A stretch of 23,996 nt of DNA from Candidatus Altiarchaeota archaeon (GCA_016931955.1 JAFGDV010000005.1:1-23996); one strand, 5' to 3'; shown: positions 1-9,599, numbered from the stretch's first letter. Translations and numbers: made by a program. Notes: generated from the letters alone by a model not told the origin.

Positions 1-1
1 G

Positions 2-1240
2 ATAACATCATCACCAGCAATAGCAGACATAAACAACGACGGAAACACGGAAATAATAATAGGCTCAGAAGACGGAAACCTCTACATGCTAAGGAACCTG
101 AACAGGGTGGTCTGGAAGTATTCAATTGATAACCCGCTGCACTCCTCCCCGGCCATAGGGAACATAGATTCCAGCGGAGTCCTGGACATCGTAGTTGGCT
201 CAGACAACAATAATCTCTATGCTATAGACTACAGAAGACTCAAGGTGCTAACATACCAGACAAGTGATAGGATAACTTCAACCCCCGCATTAGATGATTT
301 CGACGGAGACGGCAGGATGGAGATAATCACGTGTTCTGCTGATGGAAGAATCTACAAGCTGACGTATTCAGAGTATTCAATAGAAAGGGACACATTGATG
401 TCCAAGCTGGCTTTGGTATGGAGTTATCAAACCGAGAAAGAGATAAGCTCATCACCTGCAATAGCCGACCTGGATGGCGACGGCAAAAAGGAGATAGTAG
501 TTGGCTCATACGACAGGAACCTCTACCTATTCGATGAATCCGGGAAAGTGATAAGGAAATACACGACAAACGGCAAAATACGTTCATCTCCTGCAATAGT
601 TGACTTGGACGGGGATAGGAGGAAGGAGATCATCTTCGGCTCAGATGATTCAGTACTCTACATCCTAGATTTTAGGGGATACGGGTGGTGGCATTATAAG
701 ACCAACGGATCAATCAGTTCATCGCCAGCAGTATCTGATCTGGACAACGACGGAAACCTTGAACTGATCGTAGGATCACAAGACGGAAACGTCTACGCAT
801 TCAGCATGGGCTCCATCCTAAATTCTGAGGAGAACACATCCAATGAAACAAAACCAAGTACTCCAGTAGAGACCAACGAAACAGTAGAAAAGACGAACAC
901 AACAATAGCGGATGAGACAAAGATAAGCACAACAGTGGCTTGGAGTGATACGACAACATCCACAATCTTAGAACAGGGCAACGAAACCAGACCCTCTGGA
1001 GATTCTGAGGAGATAGATGGAGAGGCTAACCCAACATCCATGCTCACCTTTATCCTTCCACTACTCTTTGTGCTCATCATAGCATTCGTCTTTGTTCAGG
1101 TAAGGCTTCACTCTGATGTCCGAACGAAACAAAAAAGAGAAAAAGAAACAGAAGAAAGCGTTGAACAGATAAAAAAGTTCTTAGAGGATGAGGTCGAATC
1201 AGACATTACTGAAACAGGGGGGAATCAATCTTCTGGGTAA
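2..1240 (+). CDS. FG-GAP/VCBS-repeat (beta-propeller) cell-surface protein with S/T-rich linker and C-terminal membrane anchor; 5' end lies outside the window
   Basis: The frame is open from position 2 (ITSSPAIADINNDGNTEIIIGSEDGNLYML...), so the ORF-track start at 86 is internal. Six repeats of the type SSPAIxDLDGDGxxEIxxGSxDxxLY are visible, followed by a T/S/E-rich linker (821-1039), a hydrophobic helix (MLTFILPLLFVLIIAFVFV) and a charged tail. Confidence 0.9.
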   Translation: MTSSPAIADINNDGNTEIIIGSEDGNLYMLRNLNRVVWKYSIDNPLHSSPAIGNIDSSGVLDIVVGSDNNNLYAIDYRRLKVLTYQTSDRITSTPALDDFDGDGRMEIITCSADGRIYKLTYSEYSIERDTLMSKLALVWSYQTEKEISSSPAIADLDGDGKKEIVVGSYDRNLYLFDESGKVIRKYTTNGKIRSSPAIVDLDGDRRKEIIFGSDDSVLYILDFRGYGWWHYKTNGSISSSPAVSDLDNDGNLELIVGSQDGNVYAFSMGSILNSEENTSNETKPSTPVETNETVEKTNTTIADETKISTTVAWSDTTTSTILEQGNETRPSGDSEEIDGEANPTSMLTFILPLLFVLIIAFVFVQVRLHSDVRTKQKREKETEESVEQIKKFLEDEVESDITETGGNQSSG

Positions 1241-4038
1241 TTGATCTCATATACCCTAACATATCCTCCAAAGGAGTAATCGTCTGTATCCCCAAGGAAT
1301 TCATCGACTAATTTGAAGTGCTCGAGCTTCTGCACCTCCGGGCCGCAGAGCCCCATCTGCTTGTATTCGTCCATGTGGTCTCCAAGATAGAGGGACGTCA
1401 TCATGTATCTGCTGAATTTCTCTGGCACGTAGACGAGGGAGGTGAAGGTTGGGAAATTGATGTAGTTACCTCTGTTCTCCTCATAGGCTATGGCGTTACT
1501 TAAGACGGACATCGGCGACTGTATCCCCAGTATCGAAGCATTATGCTCCTGCCTCCAAAGCTCCCATCTTACTGGGCTCCCCAGAGCATACTGGCCCTGC
1601 TTTATCGTTATGGGAGACACCTTCACGTCAAATTGCTCATCGTTTACTATCTCAAAGGATACTGCTCCAATGTATTCTCCATAGTCCTCTCCGCCGATAT
1701 TACAGACGAATGAGATAATCCTCTTCCTAACAAAGCCGCCCTGCCCATCTGATTCATACTTTGGCCCCAGTTGACTGTTCTTAGGCGAAAAAGTGCACTG
1801 ACCATAACCCATGTGCTCCCCCAAGCGGCGTGTGTCATTATAGGGGGCGGTCAGATTCGATGTGGCTATAAAGTGCGGAGCACCGCTCTTACCGATCATC
1901 GTATAGTCTATTATAACGTTGGTGGCATTATACTTTCTAGCAATCTCCAACGCCTCCGTTTCGTTTTCAATCAAGACATGAAACTTCGCCAAGTCCTGGA
2001 CAATAAAGCGATTCGCTTTCGTATTATCCGCTATACTGGTTTTGCGGGATACCGCTGCTATCCAGTGCCCATAGTCCCACCAAGTAAGGATCACCGTATT
2101 CTCTGGTTGAGTCTTAAGCCACTGCAGCGTCGGATCCCAATAGATGATGTCCTCAGGAACACCCATGTACATGACGCGCGAGCCACCAAATAAGTCAAAC
2201 ACGGGAACTCCGCCCAGTAAAAAATAGTAGTATAGTGGAAAGAGCAGGATTAGGATAGTGGGAATCACCCTCAAACCTTCAAGGTCCTTCTTCTTCATTA
2301 CAACCAATAATCCGATAGTAGATATTAAGGCAACTATTGGCACACTAGCCGTGAACTGATACTGGGATTTATTGATAACGCCCCAAACCATCGGCAGACT
2401 CCAGGACAAGACGAATATGGAACCAAGACTGCGCTTCGCTAGGCCAAGATAGGACAACATGATCACACAAAGGAGGAATATACCAAGACCGAAGAGAGGG
2501 GCCTTTGGAGCGATCCCGAAAGCATTAACCATATTACTGACGCACCCCATATCAAAGCCCGAACAAAGTGATGCCTGCTCCGCAGTGGTCATACCTATTA
2601 TTTCTTGCTGCTTCACCCCCATTATGCTCTCAAAAACAAAGCTAAGTATCTTGGTAGGATCAATCACGGTCAAAGAAAAAATCAGACCCAAGAGCACAAT
2701 AACGCCAGATATTGGGAGTATGTTCTCCTGTACGAACCTCTCCACCTTGTCTTCAATTCGATCACCCTCGACCTCTGCTTTACCAGACCTCCAAACCACC
2801 CTGATGAGCTCCAGTACAAAGGATGCGAACAGTGGAGCCGAAATCGACACAAGGATTAATGTTGAGGGTAGGGCAAAAACAGGAAGCCCCCCGCGAGAAT
2901 GCAGTATCAGAGGACTAAGAAGGCTCATTAATACCGGTATTATAAAGTAGGGAATAAGCTCTAAACAGTTCTTGTTATGTATGAAGTTAATGACTGCGTA
3001 GAGAGATGCGAAAACGCCGAAAACAGCTACCGCATAAACATAACCCGCCCAGGATATGTTCAACATCAAAAACGAAACCCCTGCGAGTAATGAGAACAGA
3101 TAGCTTCTCCTCCTGAAAGACAACGCAAATAGGAGGAATGAGGATATCACTAAGAACATGCCAAGGGTATCGTCTTCGCAGTTTGTTGCTATCGCTTTCA
3201 CAGCAAAGGCCGGGTTAAGCATCAGCATGAACGCCGCGAAAAGGCCAGCCAGATAGTTATAGGGCTTCATGTCAGCGAACAGATCCCTTACCAATAGGTA
3301 GACCAATAAAACCGAAAAGGCTGCGAAAACTGCTGGATAAATCATCGCCACATCATAAGTCGTGAAACCAAAATTTTTTAGGACCGTTGCTATGGAACCC
3401 ATCAACACAGAGACCATGAACGGGTTTGTGGAAAAATCAGGCGGATCCGTTGGATACACCAGTGTCTCATGGTCGGGTACGTGAGCGTTTTCGACAATAT
3501 AGTCAGCATGCCTGTAATAGAAGTACGGATCTAACGCGGAAAGGTATTTTCCGCTCCAGTCTACGCCCTCAATCCCACCAGCTGGTGCTAGATGAAAAAC
3601 CAAAGAACTTAGGAATATAGCGAACATTAATGCAACCCTCAGTTCCAGTATTTTATGGGTATATAAGGCATAGAAGAACAATGAGAACATAAAGAACAGG
3701 GCGAATGCATTAAGGTCCCTCAAAGCAAAACCGCTTTTCTGCGATGCATACCAGAAGGATATCGCCGTAGAAAATATCAGGAAGGGGATACCAAGCAACA
3801 AATAATTCTTCTTCCCCGCCTTAAAGTATAGGTATATGAAGTACAATGATGCAATACCCAACAAGACCATAAAGAAGGCAATTATCTCAAAGAAGCCCTT
3901 ACCAGTCACTGCACCAATGATTCCAACAAAGGAAGCAATTATTGAGACAAAAAAGAGGGGCTCTTCTATGTGCTCAGATATCCTGCCAATAGGGTCTCTT
4001 TCCCCGCTAATAATCTCTTTATCAGCCAACTTCAACAC
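1225..4038 (-). CDS. aglB: Oligosaccharyltransferase AglB (STT3 family)
   Basis: 937-aa polytopic membrane protein with DPYFYYR, TTAE (TIXE-like), WWDYGHW, ADN and DYTMIGK motifs. The start is GTG 4038 or an adjacent TTG (4035/4029); no ATG is nearby. Confidence 0.93.
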   Translation of the reverse strand: MLKLADKEIISGERDPIGRISEHIEEPLFFVSIIASFVGIIGAVTGKGFFEIIAFFMVLLGIASLYFIYLYFKAGKKNYLLLGIPFLIFSTAISFWYASQKSGFALRDLNAFALFFMFSLFFYALYTHKILELRVALMFAIFLSSLVFHLAPAGGIEGVDWSGKYLSALDPYFYYRHADYIVENAHVPDHETLVYPTDPPDFSTNPFMVSVLMGSIATVLKNFGFTTYDVAMIYPAVFAAFSVLLVYLLVRDLFADMKPYNYLAGLFAAFMLMLNPAFAVKAIATNCEDDTLGMFLVISSFLLFALSFRRRSYLFSLLAGVSFLMLNISWAGYVYAVAVFGVFASLYAVINFIHNKNCLELIPYFIIPVLMSLLSPLILHSRGGLPVFALPSTLILVSISAPLFASFVLELIRVVWRSGKAEVEGDRIEDKVERFVQENILPISGVIVLLGLIFSLTVIDPTKILSFVFESIMGVKQQEIIGMTTAEQASLCSGFDMGCVSNMVNAFGIAPKAPLFGLGIFLLCVIMLSYLGLAKRSLGSIFVLSWSLPMVWGVINKSQYQFTASVPIVALISTIGLLVVMKKKDLEGLRVIPTILILLFPLYYYFLLGGVPVFDLFGGSRVMYMGVPEDIIYWDPTLQWLKTQPENTVILTWWDYGHWIAAVSRKTSIADNTKANRFIVQDLAKFHVLIENETEALEIARKYNATNVIIDYTMIGKSGAPHFIATSNLTAPYNDTRRLGEHMGYGQCTFSPKNSQLGPKYESDGQGGFVRKRIISFVCNIGGEDYGEYIGAVSFEIVNDEQFDVKVSPITIKQGQYALGSPVRWELWRQEHNASILGIQSPMSVLSNAIAYEENRGNYINFPTFTSLVYVPEKFSRYMMTSLYLGDHMDEYKQMGLCGPEVQKLEHFKLVDEFLGDTDDYSFGGYVRVYEINYPED

Positions 4039-4058
4039 TCTATAAATTTAGGCTTATG

Positions 4059-4066
4059 TTAATAAA
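4059..4066 (-). promoter_or_regulatory. Putative TATA box for aglB
   Basis: TTTATTAA on the minus strand, 20-30 nt upstream of the candidate GTG/TTG starts. Confidence 0.45.
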
Positions 4067-4089
4067 TCTGGTTATAGAAAAGAAGTGGA

Positions 4090-4776
4090 CTATCTCCCAA
4101 ACCGTCTCTCCTTCCAACTAAAATCCTCTAAGATATCGGCTAGATCCTCCTTTTCCATCTCCTGCCAAAGCTTGTCTATGAAGTATATCTCAGAATAGGC
4201 TGACTGCCATAGTAAGAAGTTGCTGAGCCTGGACTCGGCAGTCCTTAGGATTATGTCCGGGTAACTACTGATCCAGAGATGCTTCCTCAGGTTTTCTTCA
4301 GTAAGCTCTGAACCAGACTTTATGAGCTCACTAAATGCATGCATTATCTCCTGCCTCCCACCATATGCTAACGCTATGTTCAACCTGAGGTCGCCATGGT
4401 CCTGCGTATTTTTCTCCAACCTCTCCATGCTCTCTACAACCCTCTTTCCAACAGGATTACCCACACTTAGTAGATGGTCTTTGTCACCGCAGAGGTTTAT
4501 CTTCACCCTGTTTTTGTGTATTTTTTCGTCGTTTAGAACATTCAAAGCATGTTCAGAGAAGAGATTAAGTAAGGTACTTACCTCCTCATAACTCCGATTT
4601 TGTATGTTCTCCAGGGATAAAGCATAGAGTGTGACCTCTCCCACTCCCAGATCAATGCACCACTCAAGGAATTGATGGAATTTGTCTATACCCATACAGT
4701 AGGATTCCACAAGGCTGACAATGTTATTCCGCCTCATGAACCGCCTGTTCCCGTCAGGTATAACACCAATGTGCAT
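4090..4776 (-). CDS. uppS: cis-prenyltransferase (polyprenyl/undecaprenyl diphosphate synthase)
   Basis: HIGVIPDGNRRF, YALSLEN, YGGRQEI, PDIILRT, RLSNFLLWQSAYSE and the C-terminal RRFG motif. Confidence 0.95.
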   Translation of the reverse strand: MHIGVIPDGNRRFMRRNNIVSLVESYCMGIDKFHQFLEWCIDLGVGEVTLYALSLENIQNRSYEEVSTLLNLFSEHALNVLNDEKIHKNRVKINLCGDKDHLLSVGNPVGKRVVESMERLEKNTQDHGDLRLNIALAYGGRQEIMHAFSELIKSGSELTEENLRKHLWISSYPDIILRTAESRLSNFLLWQSAYSEIYFIDKLWQEMEKEDLADILEDFSWKERRFGR

Positions 4777-4809
4777 TTTAAGGGATGTAAATAATTTGAT
4801 ATTAATGCA

Positions 4810-4816
4810 TATTTAT
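4810..4816 (+). promoter_or_regulatory. Putative TATA box in the uppS/rnp3 divergent gap
   Basis: TATTTAT lies 27 nt before ATG 4844. The same heptamer precedes several other genes in this window. Confidence 0.5.
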
Positions 4817-4843
4817 ATGTAATAGATTAAAATGAGGGATTAT

Positions 4844-5614
4844 ATGTTACAATACCATGACTTCCACGTGCACTCAAACGACATTGAGGACAAGGTAAAA
4901 ACGGCAGAACGCTTGGGTTGGAATGGCATATGCTTTACCCTAGACTACAATAAAACAGAGGATCTGAAAAAGATCCCTGATACACCGGCCCCCATCAAAA
5001 AAGGGGTTGAGGTCTTCTACGGTGTTGAGTTAGGTCCTGGCTCCCCTCAAACGCTGCAGAAGAATGCTAGAAGAGCCTTAGACTTGGCCGACTTTGTCCT
5101 GGTCAAAGGCGGAGTCGATGACATCAACAGGACAGCTATGGAGTTATGGGAAGTCGACATACTATGCCACCCCGAGAAGTCGGCTGGAAAAGACCTGATG
5201 AAGCAGAAGAACTCAGGACTCGACCAAGTAATGGTCAAACTCATGGCAGAGCACGGCATCGCCGTTGAATTCAATCTCTCAGAGATCCTCGACACATATG
5301 GAATGCTAAGATCACAGACCATCGCCAAGATGCATCAGAATCTGCAACTTGTGAGGAAATACGGCGCACTGTTTATTCTAACGTCAGGAGCCCAGGATAA
5401 GTGGGGTCTGCGAGCTCCCCATGACATGATTGCAGTGGGAAAGATGCTGGGGATGACTGACGCTGAAGCCAAGGCAGCGGTCTCCGACAATCCACTAAGC
5501 CTTATAGAGAAGTCAAGGAACAGGAAGAATCCGAACATCCTAACAAAAGGCTTAGAAGTCCTAGACTGGGGCGAACAAAAACCCCAGAAAAAGAGGATGT
5601 ATGGATGGTATTAA
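4844..5614 (+). CDS. rnp3: Ribonuclease P protein component 3 (Rpp30)
   Basis: PHP-like N-terminus YHDFHVH, AERLGW, GGxDxINR, VDILCHP, GLDQVMVKL, IAVEFN and SGAxxxxxLRAPHD match archaeal Rpp30. The ORF also opens at ATG 4832; 4844 fits TATA spacing better. Confidence 0.9.
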   Translation: MLQYHDFHVHSNDIEDKVKTAERLGWNGICFTLDYNKTEDLKKIPDTPAPIKKGVEVFYGVELGPGSPQTLQKNARRALDLADFVLVKGGVDDINRTAMELWEVDILCHPEKSAGKDLMKQKNSGLDQVMVKLMAEHGIAVEFNLSEILDTYGMLRSQTIAKMHQNLQLVRKYGALFILTSGAQDKWGLRAPHDMIAVGKMLGMTDAEAKAAVSDNPLSLIEKSRNRKNPNILTKGLEVLDWGEQKPQKKRMYGWY

Positions 5615-5660
5615 CTCAGCCCTTTTAGAAAACGCGCTGGCGGAAAATCAATTAAAGATA

Positions 5661-6464
5661 TCATATCCCCAGCACGTCGTTCATCCCGTAGAATCCTTTC
5701 TTACCTTCGATGAATCGCACGGCTTTGATTACCCCCCATATAAGCGCTGAACGGGAGTGGGCGATGTGGGTTATCTCAATCCGTTCACCAAGAGAGGTAT
5801 ACATCACAGTATGTTCTCCGACGATGTCGCCTCCGCGGACTGCATGGATTCCGATTTCTCCGGCTTTTCGTTCGGACATGCCTTTTCGACCGTAGACTGC
5901 TGCGTCAGATAGGTTCCTGCCAAGTTCTTTGGCGATTATGTCTGCGGTCTTCAATGCTGTTCCGGACGGTGAATCCTTCTTGAAGCGGTGGTGTTTCTCT
6001 ATGATTTCGACGTCGTAGTCTCTCAGATTTTTTGTAGCCTCCTTAATGATCTTCCAGAAGACATTAACGCCGACGCTCATGTTAGGGGAAACGACCAATC
6101 CAATATCGCATTTCTTCGCCTCCTTCCTCATGTCGCTCAACTGTTTGTCGCTTAAGCCGGTGGTGCCAACAACCATGTGGATGCCTTTTTTACAGATAAG
6201 CTTGAAGTTCCAGAAGCAGGCTTCCGCGTTAGTGAAGTCCACCACCACATCAGGCTTCGTCTTATCCAATGTGTCCTCTAAGTCGGCTGCGCTGGTGACG
6301 TCCACAGACAGTCTGTCTATGCCAGCAATCAAGCCAGCGTCCTTCCCCACTATTGGATTATCGGGCGAGTCTATTGCAGCCACGACCTCAAGGCCTTCCT
6401 TAACAGCCTCCGCAATAATACCTTTACCCATCCGTCCAACCCCAAGCATTGCAATCTTTGTCAT
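5661..6464 (-). CDS. dapB: 4-hydroxy-tetrahydrodipicolinate reductase
   Basis: GxGRMG Rossmann start, VDFT, VGTTG, PNMSVGVN, EKHHRFKKDSPSGTA and RGGDIVGEH. Start set at ATG 6464 (MTKIAMLG); the ORF-track extension to 6500 is probably not translated. Confidence 0.96.
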   Translation of the reverse strand: MTKIAMLGVGRMGKGIIAEAVKEGLEVVAAIDSPDNPIVGKDAGLIAGIDRLSVDVTSAADLEDTLDKTKPDVVVDFTNAEACFWNFKLICKKGIHMVVGTTGLSDKQLSDMRKEAKKCDIGLVVSPNMSVGVNVFWKIIKEATKNLRDYDVEIIEKHHRFKKDSPSGTALKTADIIAKELGRNLSDAAVYGRKGMSERKAGEIGIHAVRGGDIVGEHTVMYTSLGERIEITHIAHSRSALIWGVIKAVRFIEGKKGFYGMNDVLGI

Positions 6465-6496
6465 TCTTCTATAGATACATGAACTACCCCCTTTTA

Positions 6497-7678
6497 TCAT
6501 ACCCTCTGAGTAACGCAGGACAGGGAGCAGGTTTCATCGCCGTCTGCTATGCAGGTTTCCTCCTCTACAGCCCATTTTTTGCCTGTTGCGTTGTTCAAGC
6601 AGCCTTCGAGGATGCCTGCAAGGTAGATGCAGAGCTTCATCCCGATGTCCTCCACTCCATAGGAGAATAGGGACTCATCGACTGAAACATTGATCTTTTC
6701 CGGCTTATAGTTTACATCCAAAAATCCGACCTTAAGGTCCTCAAACAGCCTGCTCAGATGGTTCAAGGCGTTGGCTGCGCTCCCGAAGTTCATCCTCTGC
6801 GCTATCTTCCCACCCACAACCTTACCTGCATGTTTCACGAGGACCCTGTGTGGAGGAGACTGCGAGAGAAGAACGTAGTTGATGGCCTGAGTCATGTACA
6901 TGTGTCCATAATCGTTCACGTGATCCCTCCCCATATACTTTCTCCCGCTTAATGCGATATCCAGGTATTGATCAAGCACTGCTTCAGCCTCCTTATGGGA
7001 TACAGCTGGCATCTGGTGGATCACACTACCGCCATCCCTAAAAAGCTCTATAACACATCTATCATCACCCTTCGCAATGCATTTTGTTTCGATGCCGTCC
7101 CATGTTCCCCCCACGAGATACTCCAAGTGGCCGGAGATCACGCCCGCCTCAAAATAACATTGAGGGTTACTTACATTATGTATGGGAGAAGATGCTGTTT
7201 CTTTTATGGACACCACTATCTTTCCCTCCTTATTATCCACCCTATCAAAAGAGAGTATTCCACCCCCTGCCTCCAGCCAACCCTCGGCGAGTAAGTCCTG
7301 AATACTCTTGTCTTTAAGGGTCATCAGGGACAAGTTAGTCTTCTTTGCCAGGGGGAGAACAAGATCGGACAGATAGAAGGGGAGTACCTGATGTGCGCAG
7401 AAGTATCCGACAACCTTCCCCAACCGGTAGAGGTTTCTCACGAATAAGGGGGATATAGGAAGGAAGGAGTTGGTTATGACGTTAAGAAACGCCAGGTGAC
7501 TGTAGTCTCCAAGCCTTGGCCTGACAGGCTTCACCTTGCCCTCATCGACTGCGGCAAGGGTTCTAACAGAGGCAAAGTTTCGTTCAATGAATGCGCCTGT
7601 TTTGTCCCTCCCCACCAGAGGTTCTATCAGAACCCTGCCGACTTCTTCAACGTTAATTTCCGAATCATCAGCACCCAT
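6497..7678 (-). CDS. Tandem V4R (4-vinyl reductase) domain protein, putative small-molecule/hydrocarbon-binding
   Basis: Two copies of the V4R signature: CYFEAGVISG...ETKCIAKGDDRC and CIYLAGILEG...EETCIADGDETC, each preceded by an RxxxxDYxH segment. Confidence 0.85.
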   Translation of the reverse strand: MGADDSEINVEEVGRVLIEPLVGRDKTGAFIERNFASVRTLAAVDEGKVKPVRPRLGDYSHLAFLNVITNSFLPISPLFVRNLYRLGKVVGYFCAHQVLPFYLSDLVLPLAKKTNLSLMTLKDKSIQDLLAEGWLEAGGGILSFDRVDNKEGKIVVSIKETASSPIHNVSNPQCYFEAGVISGHLEYLVGGTWDGIETKCIAKGDDRCVIELFRDGGSVIHQMPAVSHKEAEAVLDQYLDIALSGRKYMGRDHVNDYGHMYMTQAINYVLLSQSPPHRVLVKHAGKVVGGKIAQRMNFGSAANALNHLSRLFEDLKVGFLDVNYKPEKINVSVDESLFSYGVEDIGMKLCIYLAGILEGCLNNATGKKWAVEEETCIADGDETCSLSCVTQRV

Positions 7679-7751
7679 TCTATCACTAAAGAAATGGTAA
7701 TACCTACTTAAAAGATGGACTTTTCTGTGTTTATTCCCTCATTCTTAAGCA

Positions 7752-9599
7752 ATGGATTTATTCCCATTCGAGCAGGTTCGGGAGGGTCAGCGGGAGTTCC
7801 TGGAGGATGCGAGGAATGCTATTCGGGAGAGATCGCATCTTGTGGCGCACGCGCCGACAGGAATAGGGAAGACCGCCGCAGCATTAAGTGCCGCCCTAGA
7901 GTATGCCATAGAAAACAACAAAACAGTCTTCTTTCTTACACCTAAGCATACACAACATACTATCGTGGTTGACACATTAAAGATGATAAAAAGGAGGTAT
8001 GGGATAGAGTTCGTCATGGTGGACATAATAGGCAAACAGTGGACCTGCCCACATAATGTCAGAGACCTCGATTCCAGGGAATTCAATGAATTCTGCAGGA
8101 CGATGAAGAAAGACGAACGCTGCAAATACTACAATAACGTGCGGAAGAGGAAACTGTCGAAGAATGCTAAGAGCATCATAGAAAGGATAAAAAAAGACAC
8201 TATGCACAATGAAGAGATAAGCAGGCTCTGCTCAGACAATATGCTATGCCCCTACGAAATCTGCGTGGAAGTCGGCAAAGACTCTACAGTAGTAGTATGC
8301 GACTACTTCCATATGTTTTCCCCCCCAGTGAGGAAGGCCTTCATGTCCAAATTGAATAAAACCCTGAATAACGCAGTTTTGATCATAGACGAAGCCCACA
8401 ACCTCCCGGATAGGATCAGAAAGCTCCTCAGCCATAAGCTAACAGAGTATTCGCTGAAGAAGGCGACAAAGGAGGCTAATTTCTTTGGATATGAGCATCT
8501 GAGCGACGCCTTCAGGGAGATGGTAAAGGTCTTCAAGAACCTGGGTAAAGGCATGCAGGAAGAGGAGAGACTGGTTAAGAGGGAGGAATTCATGGACTCA
8601 TTAAGGGATAATATTGATCTAGATTATGGGGATCTTGTAGAGACAAGCCGGGAACTGGGGGAGGAAGTCCTGAAGATACCGAACAGGCACCGCTCCTATT
8701 CAAAAACAATATCCCGGTTCCTGGAAAAGTGGCGGGGAGAGGACATGGGTTATGCGAGAATCCTTAAGAGAGAGGAGATTACTTCTTTAACATACACGTG
8801 CTTGGATCCCTCGCTTTCAAGCACTGAGATATTCAAGGAAGTCCATTCCTCCATATTCATGAGCGGCACACTTGTTCCCTTAAGCATGTACGCCGACGTC
8901 CTAGACCTGCAGCATGGTAGAACAATCATGAGAGAGTATTCATCCCCCTTTCCCAAAGAAAACCGCCTCACATTATTGGTCCCGGGGGTGACGACAAAGT
9001 ACTCCAAGAGGAGTGAATTCATGTATAGGAAGTATGCGAATCTCATAGCGAGTATCATCAGATTCATTCCCGGAAATGCCGCAGTATTCTTTCCATCATA
9101 TAGGATCCTTGAGACGATAAGATCTGGGTTAAGCACCTTAGGGCACGGGAAGAAGATCCTTGCGGAGAGGCAGGATATGAAGAAGGAGGATAGGACTCAA
9201 TTGTACAATCAACTGGTTAGCTCTCGAAAACCAGGAGTCTTGCTATTGGGTGTGCAAGCAGGCTCTATGTCAGAGGGCGTGGACTACGCGAACAACATAC
9301 TTGATGGGGTGATCGTGGTCGGCCTGCCGTTGGAGATACCTAATTTAGAGGTGAAATCCCTTATAGAATACTACGACTTCAAGTTCGAACGCGGCTGGGA
9401 CTACGGTTACATCTATCCAGCGATGAACCGCGCCCTCCAAGCCGCTGGCAGATGCATCCGCTCCGAAACAGACAAGGGCGTCATCGTCTTGATGGATGAG
9501 CGCTTCAACTGGAAGAACTACTCCAAGTGCCTCCCCCACGACTTCGAACCCACCATAACAGAGATGCCAGAAAAATACATAAAGAGGTTTTTCGGATGA
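7752..9599 (+). CDS. xpd: XPD/Rad3-family Fe-S SF2 DNA helicase
   Basis: Q motif REGQ, APTGIGKT, Fe-S cysteines (WTCP, FCR, RCKY, LCPYE), DEAH, MSGT, SEGVD and QAAGRCIR. Confidence 0.93.
   Translation: MDLFPFEQVREGQREFLEDARNAIRERSHLVAHAPTGIGKTAAALSAALEYAIENNKTVFFLTPKHTQHTIVVDTLKMIKRRYGIEFVMVDIIGKQWTCPHNVRDLDSREFNEFCRTMKKDERCKYYNNVRKRKLSKNAKSIIERIKKDTMHNEEISRLCSDNMLCPYEICVEVGKDSTVVVCDYFHMFSPPVRKAFMSKLNKTLNNAVLIIDEAHNLPDRIRKLLSHKLTEYSLKKATKEANFFGYEHLSDAFREMVKVFKNLGKGMQEEERLVKREEFMDSLRDNIDLDYGDLVETSRELGEEVLKIPNRHRSYSKTISRFLEKWRGEDMGYARILKREEITSLTYTCLDPSLSSTEIFKEVHSSIFMSGTLVPLSMYADVLDLQHGRTIMREYSSPFPKENRLTLLVPGVTTKYSKRSEFMYRKYANLIASIIRFIPGNAAVFFPSYRILETIRSGLSTLGHGKKILAERQDMKKEDRTQLYNQLVSSRKPGVLLLGVQAGSMSEGVDYANNILDGVIVVGLPLEIPNLEVKSLIEYYDFKFERGWDYGYIYPAMNRALQAAGRCIRSETDKGVIVLMDERFNWKNYSKCLPHDFEPTITEMPEKYIKRFFG

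Noticed and set aside
2-800. Periodic DNA similarity that might suggest a CRISPR array or tandem repeat
   Set aside because: The repeats are degenerate at DNA level and explained by protein-level FG-GAP repeats; there are no identical repeats with spacers.
9527-9595. N-terminal extension of the M16 peptidase
   Set aside because: It lies inside xpd; ATG 9596 gives a typical ATGA coupling and the expected domain start.
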